A stretch of 64,000 bases of DNA from a virus (taxonomy: Duplodnaviria; Heunggongvirae; Uroviricota; Caudoviricetes). This document shows positions 23,419 through 34,557 of this stretch, piece after piece (within the stretch, counting starts at the first letter, position 1; every line of letters begins with the position of its first letter). The stretch lies in IMG/VR virus record IMGVR_UViG_2648501802_000002; one strand, given 5' to 3'. The notes below the pieces were generated by a model. That model saw only the letters and a program-made list of their open reading frames with translations, made no database searches and was not told where the DNA came from. The position numbers were made by a program, and so were the translations under genes.

Positions 23419-24462
23419 GTGAAAGCCATAATTACTCCCTTTGTACAGAAAGAGCTTGGCCTCGCCACGTTCAAAGTGGATCAGGAGGTCAGAAAGCTGG
23501 TGGAGGCTGGCCGTAAATTTATTATGGAGCCGGTGCCGCGTGAGTTAATCGAGCACATGGAAGACGGCCTCGTTGTTACTGAGCAAACCATGGCAACAAA
23601 TGAGGCGTTGCAGCCGTTTTTTAACAGCGATGAACTGTTTCGCCGTATTGGTGGAATTGACGCGCTGGTTGCGTGGTTGCGTAGGAAAGAGGGTCAATGC
23701 CAGGCCGCAGATCGTAGTTGGTGTGACAACCATATTGTCCACGCTGAACGAGACAATAGCGCGGTGTTGTTGTGCTGGCATCACGATAACCATTACCGGA
23801 TGCGTGGTTTTAATGAGCTGAAAGAAACGCTGCACAATAATCGCGTTAACTGGATACTGGATGTCGCCCGTCAGGAAATGGGCCTTTCAAATAGCCATGA
23901 TTTAAGTATTCAGGAGCTGTGCTGGTGGGCTTTCATGCGCAACATGATGCACCTGATGCCGGAAGAAGTCTGCCGCATATCAATAAATAAGATGAAGGCT
24001 ACTCCGCAGGATAGTGGACCTCTGAAAGAGGCGGATATTCGCCCGTATGACGATCGCGCTACAGCATATGTTCAGATGATGGAAGAACGCGCCGCGCCGA
24101 TGCGTGCAAAAGTATGCCCTGTGGATGTTGACTCCGACCCTAGCATGGCGCATTTCAAAATACCAAAACTTCAATCGCTAAAATTGCCTGAGTACATGGA
24201 TTTTGTGGCTTCCCGTCCATGCTGTGGCTGTGGAGCTGCGGGAGCTGGCGCTCACATTACGCCTTATATCGTTCGTCATAGTCGATTATGCGCGCATGAC
24301 ATTTATGCTATTCCTCTGTGCCAGTCATGCCAGCGTGATATTGAGCGTGACCGCGATAATTGGGAGAAGACGCACGGTAGGCTGGCGATGCATCAACGAT
24401 TGTTCTTTGATTACGCGCTTGGAGTCGGCGCTATCACAAGTCATTCGTCGAGCGTTAGATAA
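23419..24462 (+). CDS. hypothetical Cys/His-rich protein (PdcB position)
   Basis: 347-aa ORF with several CxxC/H clusters. Confidence 0.35.
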   Translation: MKAIITPFVQKELGLATFKVDQEVRKLVEAGRKFIMEPVPRELIEHMEDGLVVTEQTMATNEALQPFFNSDELFRRIGGIDALVAWLRRKEGQCQAADRSWCDNHIVHAERDNSAVLLCWHHDNHYRMRGFNELKETLHNNRVNWILDVARQEMGLSNSHDLSIQELCWWAFMRNMMHLMPEEVCRISINKMKATPQDSGPLKEADIRPYDDRATAYVQMMEERAAPMRAKVCPVDVDSDPSMAHFKIPKLQSLKLPEYMDFVASRPCCGCGAAGAGAHITPYIVRHSRLCAHDIYAIPLCQSCQRDIERDRDNWEKTHGRLAMHQRLFFDYALGVGAITSHSSSVR

Positions 24463-24463
24463 A

Positions 24464-24480
24464 ATTGCTCTAATGCATTG
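24464..24480 (+). promoter_or_regulatory. C1-operator-like site (14/17) upstream of lpa
   Basis: ATTGCTCTAATGCATTG. Confidence 0.45.
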
Positions 24481-24550
24481 CTATTTCTTTAATCGATGGT
24501 ATTATATTCGACGTTGATTAGTTGACATGGGCTAATCAGTAGGTGACAGG

Positions 24551-25003
24551 ATGTTACTTAACTGGCAGGGACGCCACTTCATGGAAATAAATCACTCACG
24601 AATAACATCGTACGAGATTGCGGATTACATGATCCGCACTAAATCTCTTCTATCAGCGAAAGAACTCGCAGCAATTCTTGAAAAGGAATACCCGCATCTG
24701 GATGTCGATAAGCGCGATGTTTATCTGCGCTTAAAGGCTATCGCTGTGTCTAAGTATTCGTCTGTTTTGATTGATGACAGTACACGCCCACGTAGATTTC
24801 AGATCCACTCTCTGAATCCTGAATTCTTTCGCCGCAGCCGCGCTCCGCGCCGGTTTGATGAAAAACTCCAGAACGAACTCTATATGACGCAGGACGAAAA
24901 GGAACGCCGGGAGCACCAGCCTTGGGTAATGGCGCGTCAACTTTTCAATAAGGTGGCCCGTCAGCACCGTCATTACGGTAATGCCACATCCGCACGTATC
25001 TGA
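24551..25003 (+). CDS. lpa: late promoter activator-like protein
   Basis: 150-aa ORF immediately upstream of pacA with an operator-like site in front, as for P1 lpa. Confidence 0.5.
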   Translation: MLLNWQGRHFMEINHSRITSYEIADYMIRTKSLLSAKELAAILEKEYPHLDVDKRDVYLRLKAIAVSKYSSVLIDDSTRPRRFQIHSLNPEFFRRSRAPRRFDEKLQNELYMTQDEKERREHQPWVMARQLFNKVARQHRHYGNATSARI

Positions 25004-25088
25004 TTGATTGCTTGCCCGTTCCGGGCCTTTTGACATGTGACTTTCGTTACCCTCGCGTCAAAAAGAGTTTTTACGAAAGGAAGCATAA

Positions 25089-26282
25089 GTGACCTGGGAC
25101 GATCACAAGAAGAATTTTGCTCGCCTGGCGCGAGATGGTGGTTACACCATCGCACAGTATGCCGCCGAGTTTAATCTTAACCCTAATACCGCACGTCGTT
25201 ATCTCCGTGCCTTCAAAGAAGACACCAGGACTGCGGACAGCCGCAAGCCAAATAAGCCAGTCAGGAAGCCACTAAAAGGCATGATCATTGATCACTCTAA
25301 TGATCAACATGCAGGTGATCATATTGCGGCTGAAATAGCGGAAAAACAGAGAGTTAATGCCGTTGTCAGTGCCGCAGTCGAGAATGCGAAGCGCCAAAAT
25401 AAGCGCATAAATGATCGTTCAGATGATCATGACGTGATCACCCGCGCCCACCGGACCTTACGTGATCGCCTGGAACGCGACACCCTGGATGATGATGGTG
25501 AACGCTTTGAATTCGAAGCTGGCGATTACCTGATAGATAACGTTGAAGCGCGGAAGGCCGCGCGCGCTATGTTGCGTCGGTCCGGGGCCGATGTTCTGGA
25601 AACCACTCTTCTTGAAAAGTCTCTTTCTCATCTCCTTATGCTGGAGAACGCCAGGGATACGTGTATTCGTCTGGTGCAGGAAATGCGCGATCAGCAAAAA
25701 GACGATGATGAAGGGACTCCGCCTGAATATCGTATCGCGAGCATGCTAAACAGCTGTTCCGCGCAGATAAGCAGCCTGATCAACACCATTTACAGCATCC
25801 GGAATAACTATCGAAAAGAAAGCCGGGAGGCGGAAAAGCACGCTTTATCTATGGGGCAAGCTGGCATTGTTAAGCTGGCATACGAACGAAAGCGTGAAAA
25901 TAACTGGTCAGTGCTGGAAGCAGCTGAATTCATCGAGGCGCATGGCGGAAAAGTGCCGCCCCTGATGCTGGAGCAAATCAAAGCCGATCTGCGTGCTCCT
26001 AAGACCAATACCGATGATGAGGAAAGGCAAACAGCCGTCGGTGGCCCTTCTCTTGAAGATCTGGACAAAGTTGCGCGAGAACGGGCTGCCAACCGCCGCG
26101 CCGATGCCGCATTGTGGATTGAGCAGCGTAGGGAAGAAATCGCCGATATCGTTGATACAGGCGGTTATGGAGATGTTGATACTGAAGGTGTATCAAACGA
26201 CCCATGGCTGGAACAAGACCTGGACGAAGACGAGGAGGAAGACGAAGAAGTTACCCGCAAGCTATACGGGGATGATGATTAA
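25089..26282 (+). CDS. pacA: terminase small/pac-recognition subunit PacA
   Basis: 397-aa ORF containing the pac hexamer clusters; followed by pacB with overlapping stop/start. Confidence 0.75.
   Translation: MTWDDHKKNFARLARDGGYTIAQYAAEFNLNPNTARRYLRAFKEDTRTADSRKPNKPVRKPLKGMIIDHSNDQHAGDHIAAEIAEKQRVNAVVSAAVENAKRQNKRINDRSDDHDVITRAHRTLRDRLERDTLDDDGERFEFEAGDYLIDNVEARKAARAMLRRSGADVLETTLLEKSLSHLLMLENARDTCIRLVQEMRDQQKDDDEGTPPEYRIASMLNSCSAQISSLINTIYSIRNNYRKESREAEKHALSMGQAGIVKLAYERKRENNWSVLEAAEFIEAHGGKVPPLMLEQIKADLRAPKTNTDDEERQTAVGGPSLEDLDKVARERAANRRADAALWIEQRREEIADIVDTGGYGDVDTEGVSNDPWLEQDLDEDEEEDEEVTRKLYGDDD
25282..25440 (+). other. pac site (packaging initiation): 4 + 3 TGATCA/G hexamers
   Basis: TGATCA at 25282, 25289, 25301, 25316; TGATCG/TGATCA at 25412, 25424, 25435; each holds a GATC. 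Confidence 0.8.
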
Positions 26283-27766
26283 TGGCCAGAAGTTGCGTAA
26301 CGGATCCACGTTGGCGCGAGCTGGTGGCGCTATATCGTTATGACTGGATTGCTGCCGCTGATGTTTTGTTCGGCAAAACACCTACCTGGCAGCAGGATCT
26401 GATTATTGAGTCTGTGCAGGAACAGGGTAGCAAGACATCTGTTTCGTCTGGTCACGGTACCGGGAAATCAGACATGACTTCTATCATGATCATGTTGTTC
26501 ATAATCATGTATCCCGGTGCCCGCGCCATTATCGTTGCGAACAAAATTCAGCAGGTAATGACCGGTATATTCAAGTACATCAAGATAAACTGGGCTACTG
26601 CCACCAGCCGTTTTCCATGGCTTGCTGATTATTTTGTTCTGACAGAAACCGCTTTCTATGAGGTTACTGGTAAAGGTGTATGGACTGTAGTACCGAAGGG
26701 CTTTCGTCTGGGAAGTGAAGAAGCTCTCGCCGGTGAACACGCAGATCATCTTCTGTATATTATCGATGAAGCCTCCGGTGTCAGTGATAGAGCTTTCGGT
26801 ATCATCACTGGTGCTCTTACCGGACAGGATAACCGCATCTTATTACTGTCACAGCCTACACGCCCAAGCGGCTATTTCTACGATACTCACCATAAACTGG
26901 CCAAGCGTCCTGGTAACCCTGATGGCGTTTATACGGCGATCACGCTTAACAGTGAGGAATCACCGCTGGTAACGCCAGCATTTATCAAAATGAAGCTGGC
27001 GGAGTACGGCGGGCGTGATAACCCTATGTACATGATTAAGGTACGCGGACTATTCCCTAAATCACAGGATGGCTTCCTTCTTGGACGTGATGAGGTTGAA
27101 CGTGCGACGCGGCGGAAAGTCAAGATTGCCAAAGGATGGGGCTGGCTTGCATGTGTGGACGTTGCTGGTGGTACAGGACGGGATAAGTCCGTTATCAATA
27201 TCATGATGGTGTCCGGCCAGCGAAATAAACGCCGTGTAATCAACTATCGAATGCTGGAATACACAGACGTTACAGAAACGCAGCTTGCCGCCAAAATTTT
27301 CGCAGAATGTAATCCTGAGCGATTCCCAAATATCACCATAGCGATAGACGGCGATGGGCTGGGTAAAGCAACGGCGGATCTGATGTACGAGTATTATGGT
27401 ATTACCGTACAGCGCATACGCTGGGGTAAAAAGATGCATAGCCGTGAAGATAAGAGCCTGTACTTTGATAAACGTGCTTATGCCAACGTTCAAGCCGCAG
27501 AGGCCGTAAAATCTGGTCGTATGAGACTGGATAAGGGTAATGAAACTATTGAGGAAGCGTCGAAAATCCCTGTAGGGATTAACTCCGCAGGTCAATGGAA
27601 GGTGATGAGTAAGGAGGATATGAAGAAAAAACTCAACCTGCACTCACCAGACCATTGGGATACATATTGTTTCGCTATGCTGGCGGATTATGTTCCCCAG
27701 GACGAAGTGCTTAGCGTCGAAGACGAAGCGCAGGTTGATGAAGCTCTGGCATGGCTTAATGAATGA
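26282..27766 (+). CDS. pacB: terminase large subunit PacB
   Basis: 494-aa ORF with Walker-A-like GHGTGKS. Confidence 0.75.
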   Translation: MARSCVTDPRWRELVALYRYDWIAAADVLFGKTPTWQQDLIIESVQEQGSKTSVSSGHGTGKSDMTSIMIMLFIIMYPGARAIIVANKIQQVMTGIFKYIKINWATATSRFPWLADYFVLTETAFYEVTGKGVWTVVPKGFRLGSEEALAGEHADHLLYIIDEASGVSDRAFGIITGALTGQDNRILLLSQPTRPSGYFYDTHHKLAKRPGNPDGVYTAITLNSEESPLVTPAFIKMKLAEYGGRDNPMYMIKVRGLFPKSQDGFLLGRDEVERATRRKVKIAKGWGWLACVDVAGGTGRDKSVINIMMVSGQRNKRRVINYRMLEYTDVTETQLAAKIFAECNPERFPNITIAIDGDGLGKATADLMYEYYGITVQRIRWGKKMHSREDKSLYFDKRAYANVQAAEAVKSGRMRLDKGNETIEEASKIPVGINSAGQWKVMSKEDMKKKLNLHSPDHWDTYCFAMLADYVPQDEVLSVEDEAQVDEALAWLNE

Positions 27767-27769
27767 ATA

Positions 27770-27786
27770 CTTGCTCTAATAAATTG
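27770..27786 (+). promoter_or_regulatory. C1-operator-like site (15/17)
   Basis: CTTGCTCTAATAAATTG, 4 nt after the pacB stop. Confidence 0.55.
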
Positions 27787-27917
27787 TGTTTTTTAACTGC
27801 CGATGTTACATTGAGCCTGACCTCTTGCGCCTTGAGGCATTTTCGGTTTATGCTTATCAGGCACCTCAGTAAAACGGGTGCCGGGATTGAGACCCCGGAT
27901 AATGCAAAAGGCGACAC

Positions 27918-27940
27918 AGACGCCAAAAGCGTCTTTTTTT
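27918..27940 (+). terminator. intrinsic terminator
   Basis: Stem AGACGC/GCGTCT, loop CAAAA, followed by T6. Confidence 0.55.
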
Positions 27941-28125
27941 GTGTCATGCCATCGCACAGCCATACGTAGCGTTTAGCTCAGAGATCAATGGTAGTGCTGG
28001 CTGGGCTGCCGAAAGGCAGGCCGGTTCCCTTTTGCGCCGGTAGTCTCAACCCAGTCAGTGCTACCGCCATTGAGATTGAGACCTCACGCGGTAGCTCCTT
28101 AAATTAGCAAAAGGAGGCTGCCATT

Positions 28126-28347
28126 GTGGCTACTATCCCTACCCCAGCTCATCCTGAATTTATCTGGCGCTTTTACTCCTGCCAAAAACGTCACTATCAC
28201 TTCGTTATTGCACCGACAGAAGATGAGGCACGTTCTCAGCTTCCGGATGCTCCCTGTATTTTCTCTGCCCGCTTTTCTACCGATTCGCGCAATTCTCTCA
28301 GTTACTGGTGCCTCCCTGTTAACGCTTCTGCTCAGGAGGGACTATGA
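28126..28347 (+). CDS. small protein upstream of and overlapping the antirepressor start (Icd-like position)
   Basis: 73-aa ORF with GTG start and AAAGGAGG RBS. Confidence 0.35.
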   Translation: MATIPTPAHPEFIWRFYSCQKRHYHFVIAPTEDEARSQLPDAPCIFSARFSTDSRNSLSYWCLPVNASAQEGL

Positions 28348-29446
28348 GAACGTCATTAGTCACCCGTGAAGAGATGATCGAGGCAATTGAACAGCACACT
28401 GCCTGTATCAGTACCAGGGATATACCGGGCGTTATTGCCAACTACTTCATGATCACCAAACAACTTTACCGGAGAAAGGACAAATACGCGGTTCACCGCA
28501 TTCTGCTAACCGATATCCGTGAATACCTGCTCGAACAGGGTCATCTGAATTACGCAACCGTCGCAGCCGAAGCACGCAAGGAGGCACACAGAATGAAAGC
28601 AACTAACGTTAAATCAGAAAAAATTTATGCACCTTCAGTTCAGGAATCGGAACTGGTGGTTGTTCAGAATCAGCCGGATGAAATTCCCGTTCTGGAATGG
28701 CAGGGAGTACGTGTCGTGACAACCGAAACTCTTGCTAGAGGGTATGGTGTCGATGAAGCCAATATTCGCAACAATTTGTCTCGCAACCTTGACCGCTTTG
28801 AAGAAGGTAAGCATTACTTTCTTCTAACTGGTTTAAAATTAAGAGAATTTAAGAACAGAGTAACCGGAAGTTACTCTGTTGGTAAGAACGCCAGAAGCCT
28901 TACACTCTGGACAGAGCGCGGCGCTGCACGCATGTCTAAGATCGTGGACACAAATGAAGCATGGGCATTCTTTGAAAAACTGGAAGACAGCTACTTCCGG
29001 CAAAAAGAACAGCAACCGGTTGCAATCCCCCAGACGCTTCCAGAAGCTCTGCGCCTGGCTGCCGAACTGGCTGAACAAAAGAACAGAAAGCCCACCAGCT
29101 AAATCAGCAGCTGGTGGCCGCCGCTCCTAAAGTCGATTTTGCCGACCGGGTATCAGTAGCTAAAGGGATCCTGATTGGGAATTTTGCAAAGGTTGTTGGA
29201 CTTAAGCAAAACGCGCTGTTTGCCTGGTTACGGGAGAACGGCATCCTGATAGCGTCCGGTGGACGTAAAAATGTGCCGTTCCAGCAGTACATCAATGCGG
29301 GGTATTTCACGGTGAAAGAAGTGGTGCTGGATGATGAAGATGGCTACCAGATACGGTTGACGCCTCAATTAACGGGTAAAGGCCAGCAGTGGTTGACGCG
29401 TAAACTGCTCGATGCTGGCTTGTTAAAACCGGTGGCGGCTGAATAA
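28344..29446 (+). pseudogene. antirepressor (N-terminal domain + KilA-C-like domain) split by a frameshift
   Basis: ORFs 28344..29102 and 29114..29446 in different frames; one extra A in the A4 run at 29077-29080 fuses them by hand into about 367 aa. Confidence 0.5.
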
Positions 29447-29478
29447 TGGAAGAATGCCCGGTTGATGCCGGGCATAAT

Positions 29479-30330
29479 TTATTGCGCGCTTTCGGGGTTG
29501 TCGTTTACTGGCTGCCCCTTCTTGGTTTTACGGCTGCGCGTAACTGATGCGGCTGACTTAACCTTTTTCTCTTCGCGAGTGATGGCAATTTGTTTTTTTA
29601 CATTTTCAATATCTGCCAGGCGATATATTTTTGCTTGCGGCCAGCGGTCGCAGATGATCGGTTCTATAGAGTCATAAAGGCTAAATTTTGCTTTCTCGAA
29701 TTCACCGTTGATGATGATTCCATCACGGAGAGTTTCATCGCAGATAAACACGCCACACAGCGGTACATGGTAACTAACTGATTTACCATCATTGTAGTTA
29801 GGGCTACTGGAGATGTAGTGGACGCGCAGCATTGTTTCGCTAAAGCCGTGTACACGCATACGGAATTTTTCATCCTCCGGGTACTGCCTCATTAGCTCTT
29901 TTGTTGCTTCCAGGTTCTCTATGTATTTCGCACTGTGCTCATTGATCCCCGCGCTTTTTTGGATGCGAATGTCCTTATCAATCAGATGAATAATGCGGCC
30001 AGCGGTCATGTTGACGCTGTTCACAGCTTCTGTCTGATAAGTTGTAACCTTGCGCACACCGCGAAGGATGTTAGGCACTGGATATAAAATAGTCTTTGGG
30101 ATATTGAGGTCTGGGTACTGTTCCAGTTCCCGCGCCATTAAAGTCCATTTATCAATTTCAGCCTGAATGCTGTCAGTTTCTTTGAACGGTAGAACGACAA
30201 CCGGGCGTACAGGACGACCGTCGCTGGCTGTATCAACGTGTTGGGCGCGTGCAACAGCTTTTTTTAGAAAGAGATCCCTGAAGCTGACGAACTCCTGGTA
30301 CAGTTGTTCGCCGTAGACATAATTTATCAT
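29479..30330 (-). CDS. c1: C1 repressor of lysogeny
   Basis: 283-aa ORF, size and N-terminus as remembered for P1 C1; coi directly upstream; operator-like sites flank the operon. Confidence 0.75.
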   Translation of the reverse strand: MINYVYGEQLYQEFVSFRDLFLKKAVARAQHVDTASDGRPVRPVVVLPFKETDSIQAEIDKWTLMARELEQYPDLNIPKTILYPVPNILRGVRKVTTYQTEAVNSVNMTAGRIIHLIDKDIRIQKSAGINEHSAKYIENLEATKELMRQYPEDEKFRMRVHGFSETMLRVHYISSSPNYNDGKSVSYHVPLCGVFICDETLRDGIIINGEFEKAKFSLYDSIEPIICDRWPQAKIYRLADIENVKKQIAITREEKKVKSAASVTRSRKTKKGQPVNDNPESAQ

Positions 30331-30423
30331 TGATCCTCCTCCAGAATTGACATGGTCAATAACGCCCGGCTGAGAAAACCGGTCATTACTGACCTATATT
30401 ATAGAGGGATCAAACAAAAATAA

Positions 30424-30440
30424 TAGATTTATTAGTGCAT
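30424..30440 (-). promoter_or_regulatory. C1-operator-like site (14/17) between coi and c1
   Basis: AGATTTATTAGTGCATT. Confidence 0.4.
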
Positions 30441-30650
30441 TTATTGTGAGTCCAACTGGTTAGTTGCCATGAGATATTCGATTGTGTCAGTGAGGTCATC
30501 CAGGTCGTCTTGGGTGATGCGGTACTCCTGATTGGATATCTTTGAGTAGTGTTCAGCAATGGCGCGGGCAGCGTCGGTTTCGGCAGGGTCTACAGATAAA
30601 GCGTTAGAGCAATGTCTAACGTCGTCGATGGTTGGTTGAATGAAAGCCAT
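30441..30650 (-). CDS. coi: C1 inactivator Coi
   Basis: 69-aa ORF immediately upstream of c1 on the same strand. Confidence 0.65.
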   Translation of the reverse strand: MAFIQPTIDDVRHCSNALSVDPAETDAARAIAEHYSKISNQEYRITQDDLDDLTDTIEYLMATNQLDSQ

Positions 30651-30888
30651 AATTATGCCTCACTGTATTGACAACACAGAGCCTGAAGCTCTGACCTACT
30701 GTTTCACCCATGATCCATGCTGGGGTAATCTAACAACATTGCGCTGTGTGTAAGATGAGCAATGCATAGCTGTAATGCCGTTGTATAAGGTTTCCCTGTT
30801 TGCTCATTTCCTTCTGAGCCGCTCTACAACGCTGAAGACACATTAAATAGTGAATCCAAAGTCGTATTACGAAACGGCGGCAAAACTA

Positions 30889-30905
30889 TAATTTATTAGA
30901 GCAAT
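30889..30905 (-). promoter_or_regulatory. C1 operator (16/17) upstream of coi-c1
   Basis: TAATTTATTAGAGCAAT. Confidence 0.6.
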
Positions 30906-30959
30906 TGTCAAACAACTATGAAAAACAATCCAGTTTTTGTTTGATATTTATGGTGACAT

Positions 30960-31271
30960 ATGAGAAAGGATTTCAACATCGACGGAAAATATGTAGTGCT
31001 GTCTGTAAGCACTAATATTCAGTCGCCAGCCGTCATTGTCACTGTAAAGCTGAGCGATAGAATGCCTGATATTGACTCAATATCCGTTGCGTTCCCTGTC
31101 AAAAGTATGCGTGGTGCTGAACATTTCGTGATGAATGCCACCGAGGAAGAAGCACGGCGCGGTTTTGCTAAAGTAGTGTCTGACTTTGGCGAACTCTTGG
31201 ATAAGGTTAACAATGTCCTTTCAATCAGTTCAGCAAGGTCCAAAGCGTTAACAGCTTCCATGATGAAATAA
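30960..31271 (+). CDS. hypothetical protein
   Basis: 103-aa ORF. Confidence 0.3.
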   Translation: MRKDFNIDGKYVVLSVSTNIQSPAVIVTVKLSDRMPDIDSISVAFPVKSMRGAEHFVMNATEEEARRGFAKVVSDFGELLDKVNNVLSISSARSKALTASMMK

Positions 31272-31398
31272 AAAAAGCCTGGCAAGGAACCAGGCTGCAC
31301 AAAAGAGCGGGTTTGTGTTCCGCATCCAATCAATCAGAAAGGAGTATAGCACATAGATACTAAAGTGAAAAAATGTGACTGAAGATAAACAATATAAC

Positions 31399-31415
31399 AT
31401 TGCTCTAATTGATTG
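31399..31415 (+). promoter_or_regulatory. C1-operator-like site (14/17)
   Basis: ATTGCTCTAATTGATTG. Confidence 0.4.
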
Positions 31416-31619
31416 TTATAATTGAGCCGTGGCGTTAGTCAACTACGAAGACGTGGCCATTACCTACTTAACCAGTTCCGCCAGGGCAGCAGAGTAGGTT
31501 TCATCTCGGATGTACCATGCCTGCATGTTTTCCAGAGAAGCCCGCGAGGTTCCCGGACAGGACTCTGCCATTGCGATAGATTAAATGCAATAACCTAAAA
31601 GCGATAACGTGGTGGAAAA

Positions 31620-32259
31620 ATGTTCATCAGAGCTTATTTAAGGGCATCAACGGAAGATCAGTTTGCCGATCGGGCAAAAGAGATGCTGGGGCAGTTTGTT
31701 CAGGAGCGGGGACATAAAATAGCCAGTTACTACCGGGAGAACATAAGCGGTACAAAACTCGACCGCCGGAACTGGGACGCTTACTGATGGACAGCCACCG
31801 CAATGATATTTTACTGGTCGAGCAAATTGACCGCCTGACCCGTCTGAGTAACAGTGACTGGATTACGCTGAAAAAGCAGATAGAACAACACGAACTGCGG
31901 ATTGTCGCCTGGATGTATCCACCTCATGGCAGGCGCTGTCAGATAAAGACCCTTCGCAGGCTGACCCAATCACCCGCGCCGTGATAACCGCCATCAATAA
32001 CATGCTTATCGACCTGATGGCCGCGATGTCGCATAAGGACTGGCTGAGCCGTCGCCAACGGCAACAACAGGGAATTGAACGGGCTCATACGCTGGGTAAA
32101 TACCGGGGATAACAGGCCGATCAGGAACGGCATCAGAAAGTCCTGTACTACTGGCAGGTCAAGAAACTAAGTATCCATGAAACGGCAGATGCGACAGGGT
32201 ACAGTCCTTCACAGATATGCCGCATTCAAGCCCTTTATAGAGAGCCTGAATCGGAATAA
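31620..32259 (+). pseudogene. serine recombinase (resolvase/invertase family), decayed
   Basis: Starts MFIRAYLRASTEDQ (catalytic Ser motif); two single-base losses in C-runs (about 31762 and 31908) and an in-frame TAA before the C-terminal HTH. Confidence 0.6.
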
Positions 32260-32365
32260 AAAGTAGCCCAGGCGTTAATGGATTACCTTTCCAGGCTAAG
32301 CTCATTGCTCCTGTCAGATACGCAGCCCTGCCTGTAATAATACAGACTGGGCAATGTGTTGCCAC

Positions 32366-32767
32366 TCAGGCTGACAACTGTCGGAGGATATCCGCTGTAT
32401 TATAATGAGCCCGTTTTTCTATATATTTCCCGTCTTTCAGAGTGATCATAAACATCAGAGAAAAGCGCACTTTCCTGCCGCTGGCAGGATGCCCAAGGAA
32501 TTCACGGGTCTGCACGCCTTCAAAGATAAGATAGCAGGCGACTTTATCGTCTCTGGCAAAGATTTCGTGGATACGCATTGTAAATCCCGGAAAAGCATCC
32601 ATATGGCCTTTTTCCTGTACGATAAACTGCTCACTGTTCAGCGGTGTATCCACCTGAGAATAGAATTTAAAATCCGGATGGCAGAGGTTTTTCACCTCAT
32701 CATATTTATTTTCTTCAATCAGACGATAAAACTTTTTAACCGTTTTGATATTTTCTTAAACAGACAT
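32366..32767 (-). pseudogene. SnoaL-like / NTF2-fold protein with premature stop at codon 4
   Basis: GAGGTG RBS then ATG TCT GTT TAA (stop at 32756-32758), frame stays open into the annotated ORF from GTG at 32695. Confidence 0.5.
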
Positions 32768-32775
32768 ATTGCACC

Positions 32776-33765
32776 TCATTTTTCAGTTTCTTTACCTGCC
32801 GGAATATTGCCTTCCGGCGTTCCGTTAAATGTTTTTCGCCATTCACTGGGACTGACTCCCATCCGCTGCCGGAATATCTGCCGGAAAGTAATGGTGGACT
32901 GAAAGCCTGCCAGTTCGGCAACCCGCTCCACTGCAATATCTGTACTTTCCAGCAGTTCCTGACTCCGCCGGAGACGCTCTGTGGTGATCCACTCCCAGAC
33001 CGTCATTCCTGTGGCCGAATGAAAATGGCGTGTAAGCGTTCTTCGGCTCATGGAGGCTAAATGGGCCAGAGTGTCAATATCATGTGGTAATCCCAGATTT
33101 GCGGACAGGTATTCCAGCAGCTGGTTTATGCGGTTATCGGACGTACTTTTGGGAATAAGCAGTTGCCGGTACTGTGCCTGTCCGCCTTCCCGGTAAGGAG
33201 GAGCAACCATCCGGCGGGCTATTTGATTAGCCGTATATCTGCCCAGGCGTTGCCGGATCACATGGAGACAACAGTCCAGTGCTGCGGCTGTACCGGCTGA
33301 GGTGATAATCCGCTCGTCCTCAACATAAAGCACGTTCACGTCCAGATGAACCGCCGGGAAAAGCATCTGGAAATCCCGTTCAGCCTCCCAGTGCGTGGCC
33401 GCCCGTTTACCATCCAGCAGACCGGTGTAAGCCAGAACAAAACTCCCCAGGCACAGGCCCACCACCTGAGCTCCATTTTTCCAGGCTGCAACCAGGGCAC
33501 TGAGCAGAGTTTCAGAAGGCCTTTCATGGATGTGTTTCCAGAAAGGAATAATAACGATATCGGCCTCTGCCAGTGCATCAAGCCCGTATTCTGCCCTCAT
33601 CGCCGTACCTTCAGCAGACCAGATAAGCCCGGGCTCTTCCGCACATACCCGGCGGCTGAAGAGGGCCTTCCCTTCCAGTATCTCCCCGAACAGGATTAAT
33701 GGAACGGAGACATGAAATGTACTGAACCCTTCGGTGATCACTATAGCGACAGTGATGGTGGACAT
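32776..33765 (-). CDS. GlxA-like transcriptional regulator (DJ-1/PfpI domain + AraC HTH)
   Basis: 329-aa ORF; N-terminal DJ-1-like region and C-terminal AraC-type HTH. Confidence 0.6.
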   Translation of the reverse strand: MSTITVAIVITEGFSTFHVSVPLILFGEILEGKALFSRRVCAEEPGLIWSAEGTAMRAEYGLDALAEADIVIIPFWKHIHERPSETLLSALVAAWKNGAQVVGLCLGSFVLAYTGLLDGKRAATHWEAERDFQMLFPAVHLDVNVLYVEDERIITSAGTAAALDCCLHVIRQRLGRYTANQIARRMVAPPYREGGQAQYRQLLIPKSTSDNRINQLLEYLSANLGLPHDIDTLAHLASMSRRTLTRHFHSATGMTVWEWITTERLRRSQELLESTDIAVERVAELAGFQSTITFRQIFRQRMGVSPSEWRKTFNGTPEGNIPAGKETEK

Positions 33766-33780
33766 GCCATGGCCTCCGGG

Positions 33781-34557
33781 TTAAATCGTAACTGATTCAC
33801 CATCAGCAGGAGCGACAACTGACGCCTGGATCTGGTTATCGCGGGCATATTCCAGCAGTTCCTGACGGGTCAGCAGACAGTGGTTTACGGCCTCCATGTG
33901 CGTTGCCACAATCAGTGCCTCTGGTACGATACGATGGGCTTTCAGGACATCTTCCCTGCCGAAAATAATGGGGCCGAATCCGAGAACATGCGCCCAGCCC
34001 GTATTCATAATAACGACGCCAGGATTGAACCGACGTAAATTATCCTCTACAGCCTTGATCCAGATGGTATCCCCAACCAGATAGAGCGTTTTTTCGGACG
34101 GATGCTGGAAGACCACCCCACAGGCATCCCCAAGAATTGCTGCGAGTTGCGGGTTAGCATAGGCTTCGTCCGAACCATGCTGACAAACGGTTTTAATAAG
34201 TGAAATTTCGCCAAATGTGCTTTTGTCAGACAGAATAACAAGGTTGCTGAAGCCCTGGGAACGCAGGATCTTTTCATCATGTTCATTCTGAACATAAATC
34301 AGTTTATCTTTCGGGATGTGCGCAACAGCCGCTTCATCCCAGTGGTCAGGGTGTGTGTGGGTGACAATAATGGCATCCACATCCAGCAGTACATCAAGGT
34401 CAAAAGGCAGCTCAGTCATCGGGATGCGGATATCTGACCGGGCCGTTCCTTCGAATCCCGGATAGGCTTCTTTTTTCGCAAGCATCGGATCGACAAGAAA
34501 TTTTTTACCAGCGTAAGAAATGAGTTGTGTGGCGTTACGTACCTGGATGATCTTCAT
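33781..34557 (-). CDS. MBL-fold metallo-hydrolase
   Basis: 258-aa ORF with THTHPDHWD (HxHxDH metal-binding motif). Confidence 0.6.
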   Translation of the reverse strand: MKIIQVRNATQLISYAGKKFLVDPMLAKKEAYPGFEGTARSDIRIPMTELPFDLDVLLDVDAIIVTHTHPDHWDEAAVAHIPKDKLIYVQNEHDEKILRSQGFSNLVILSDKSTFGEISLIKTVCQHGSDEAYANPQLAAILGDACGVVFQHPSEKTLYLVGDTIWIKAVEDNLRRFNPGVVIMNTGWAHVLGFGPIIFGREDVLKAHRIVPEALIVATHMEAVNHCLLTRQELLEYARDNQIQASVVAPADGESVTI

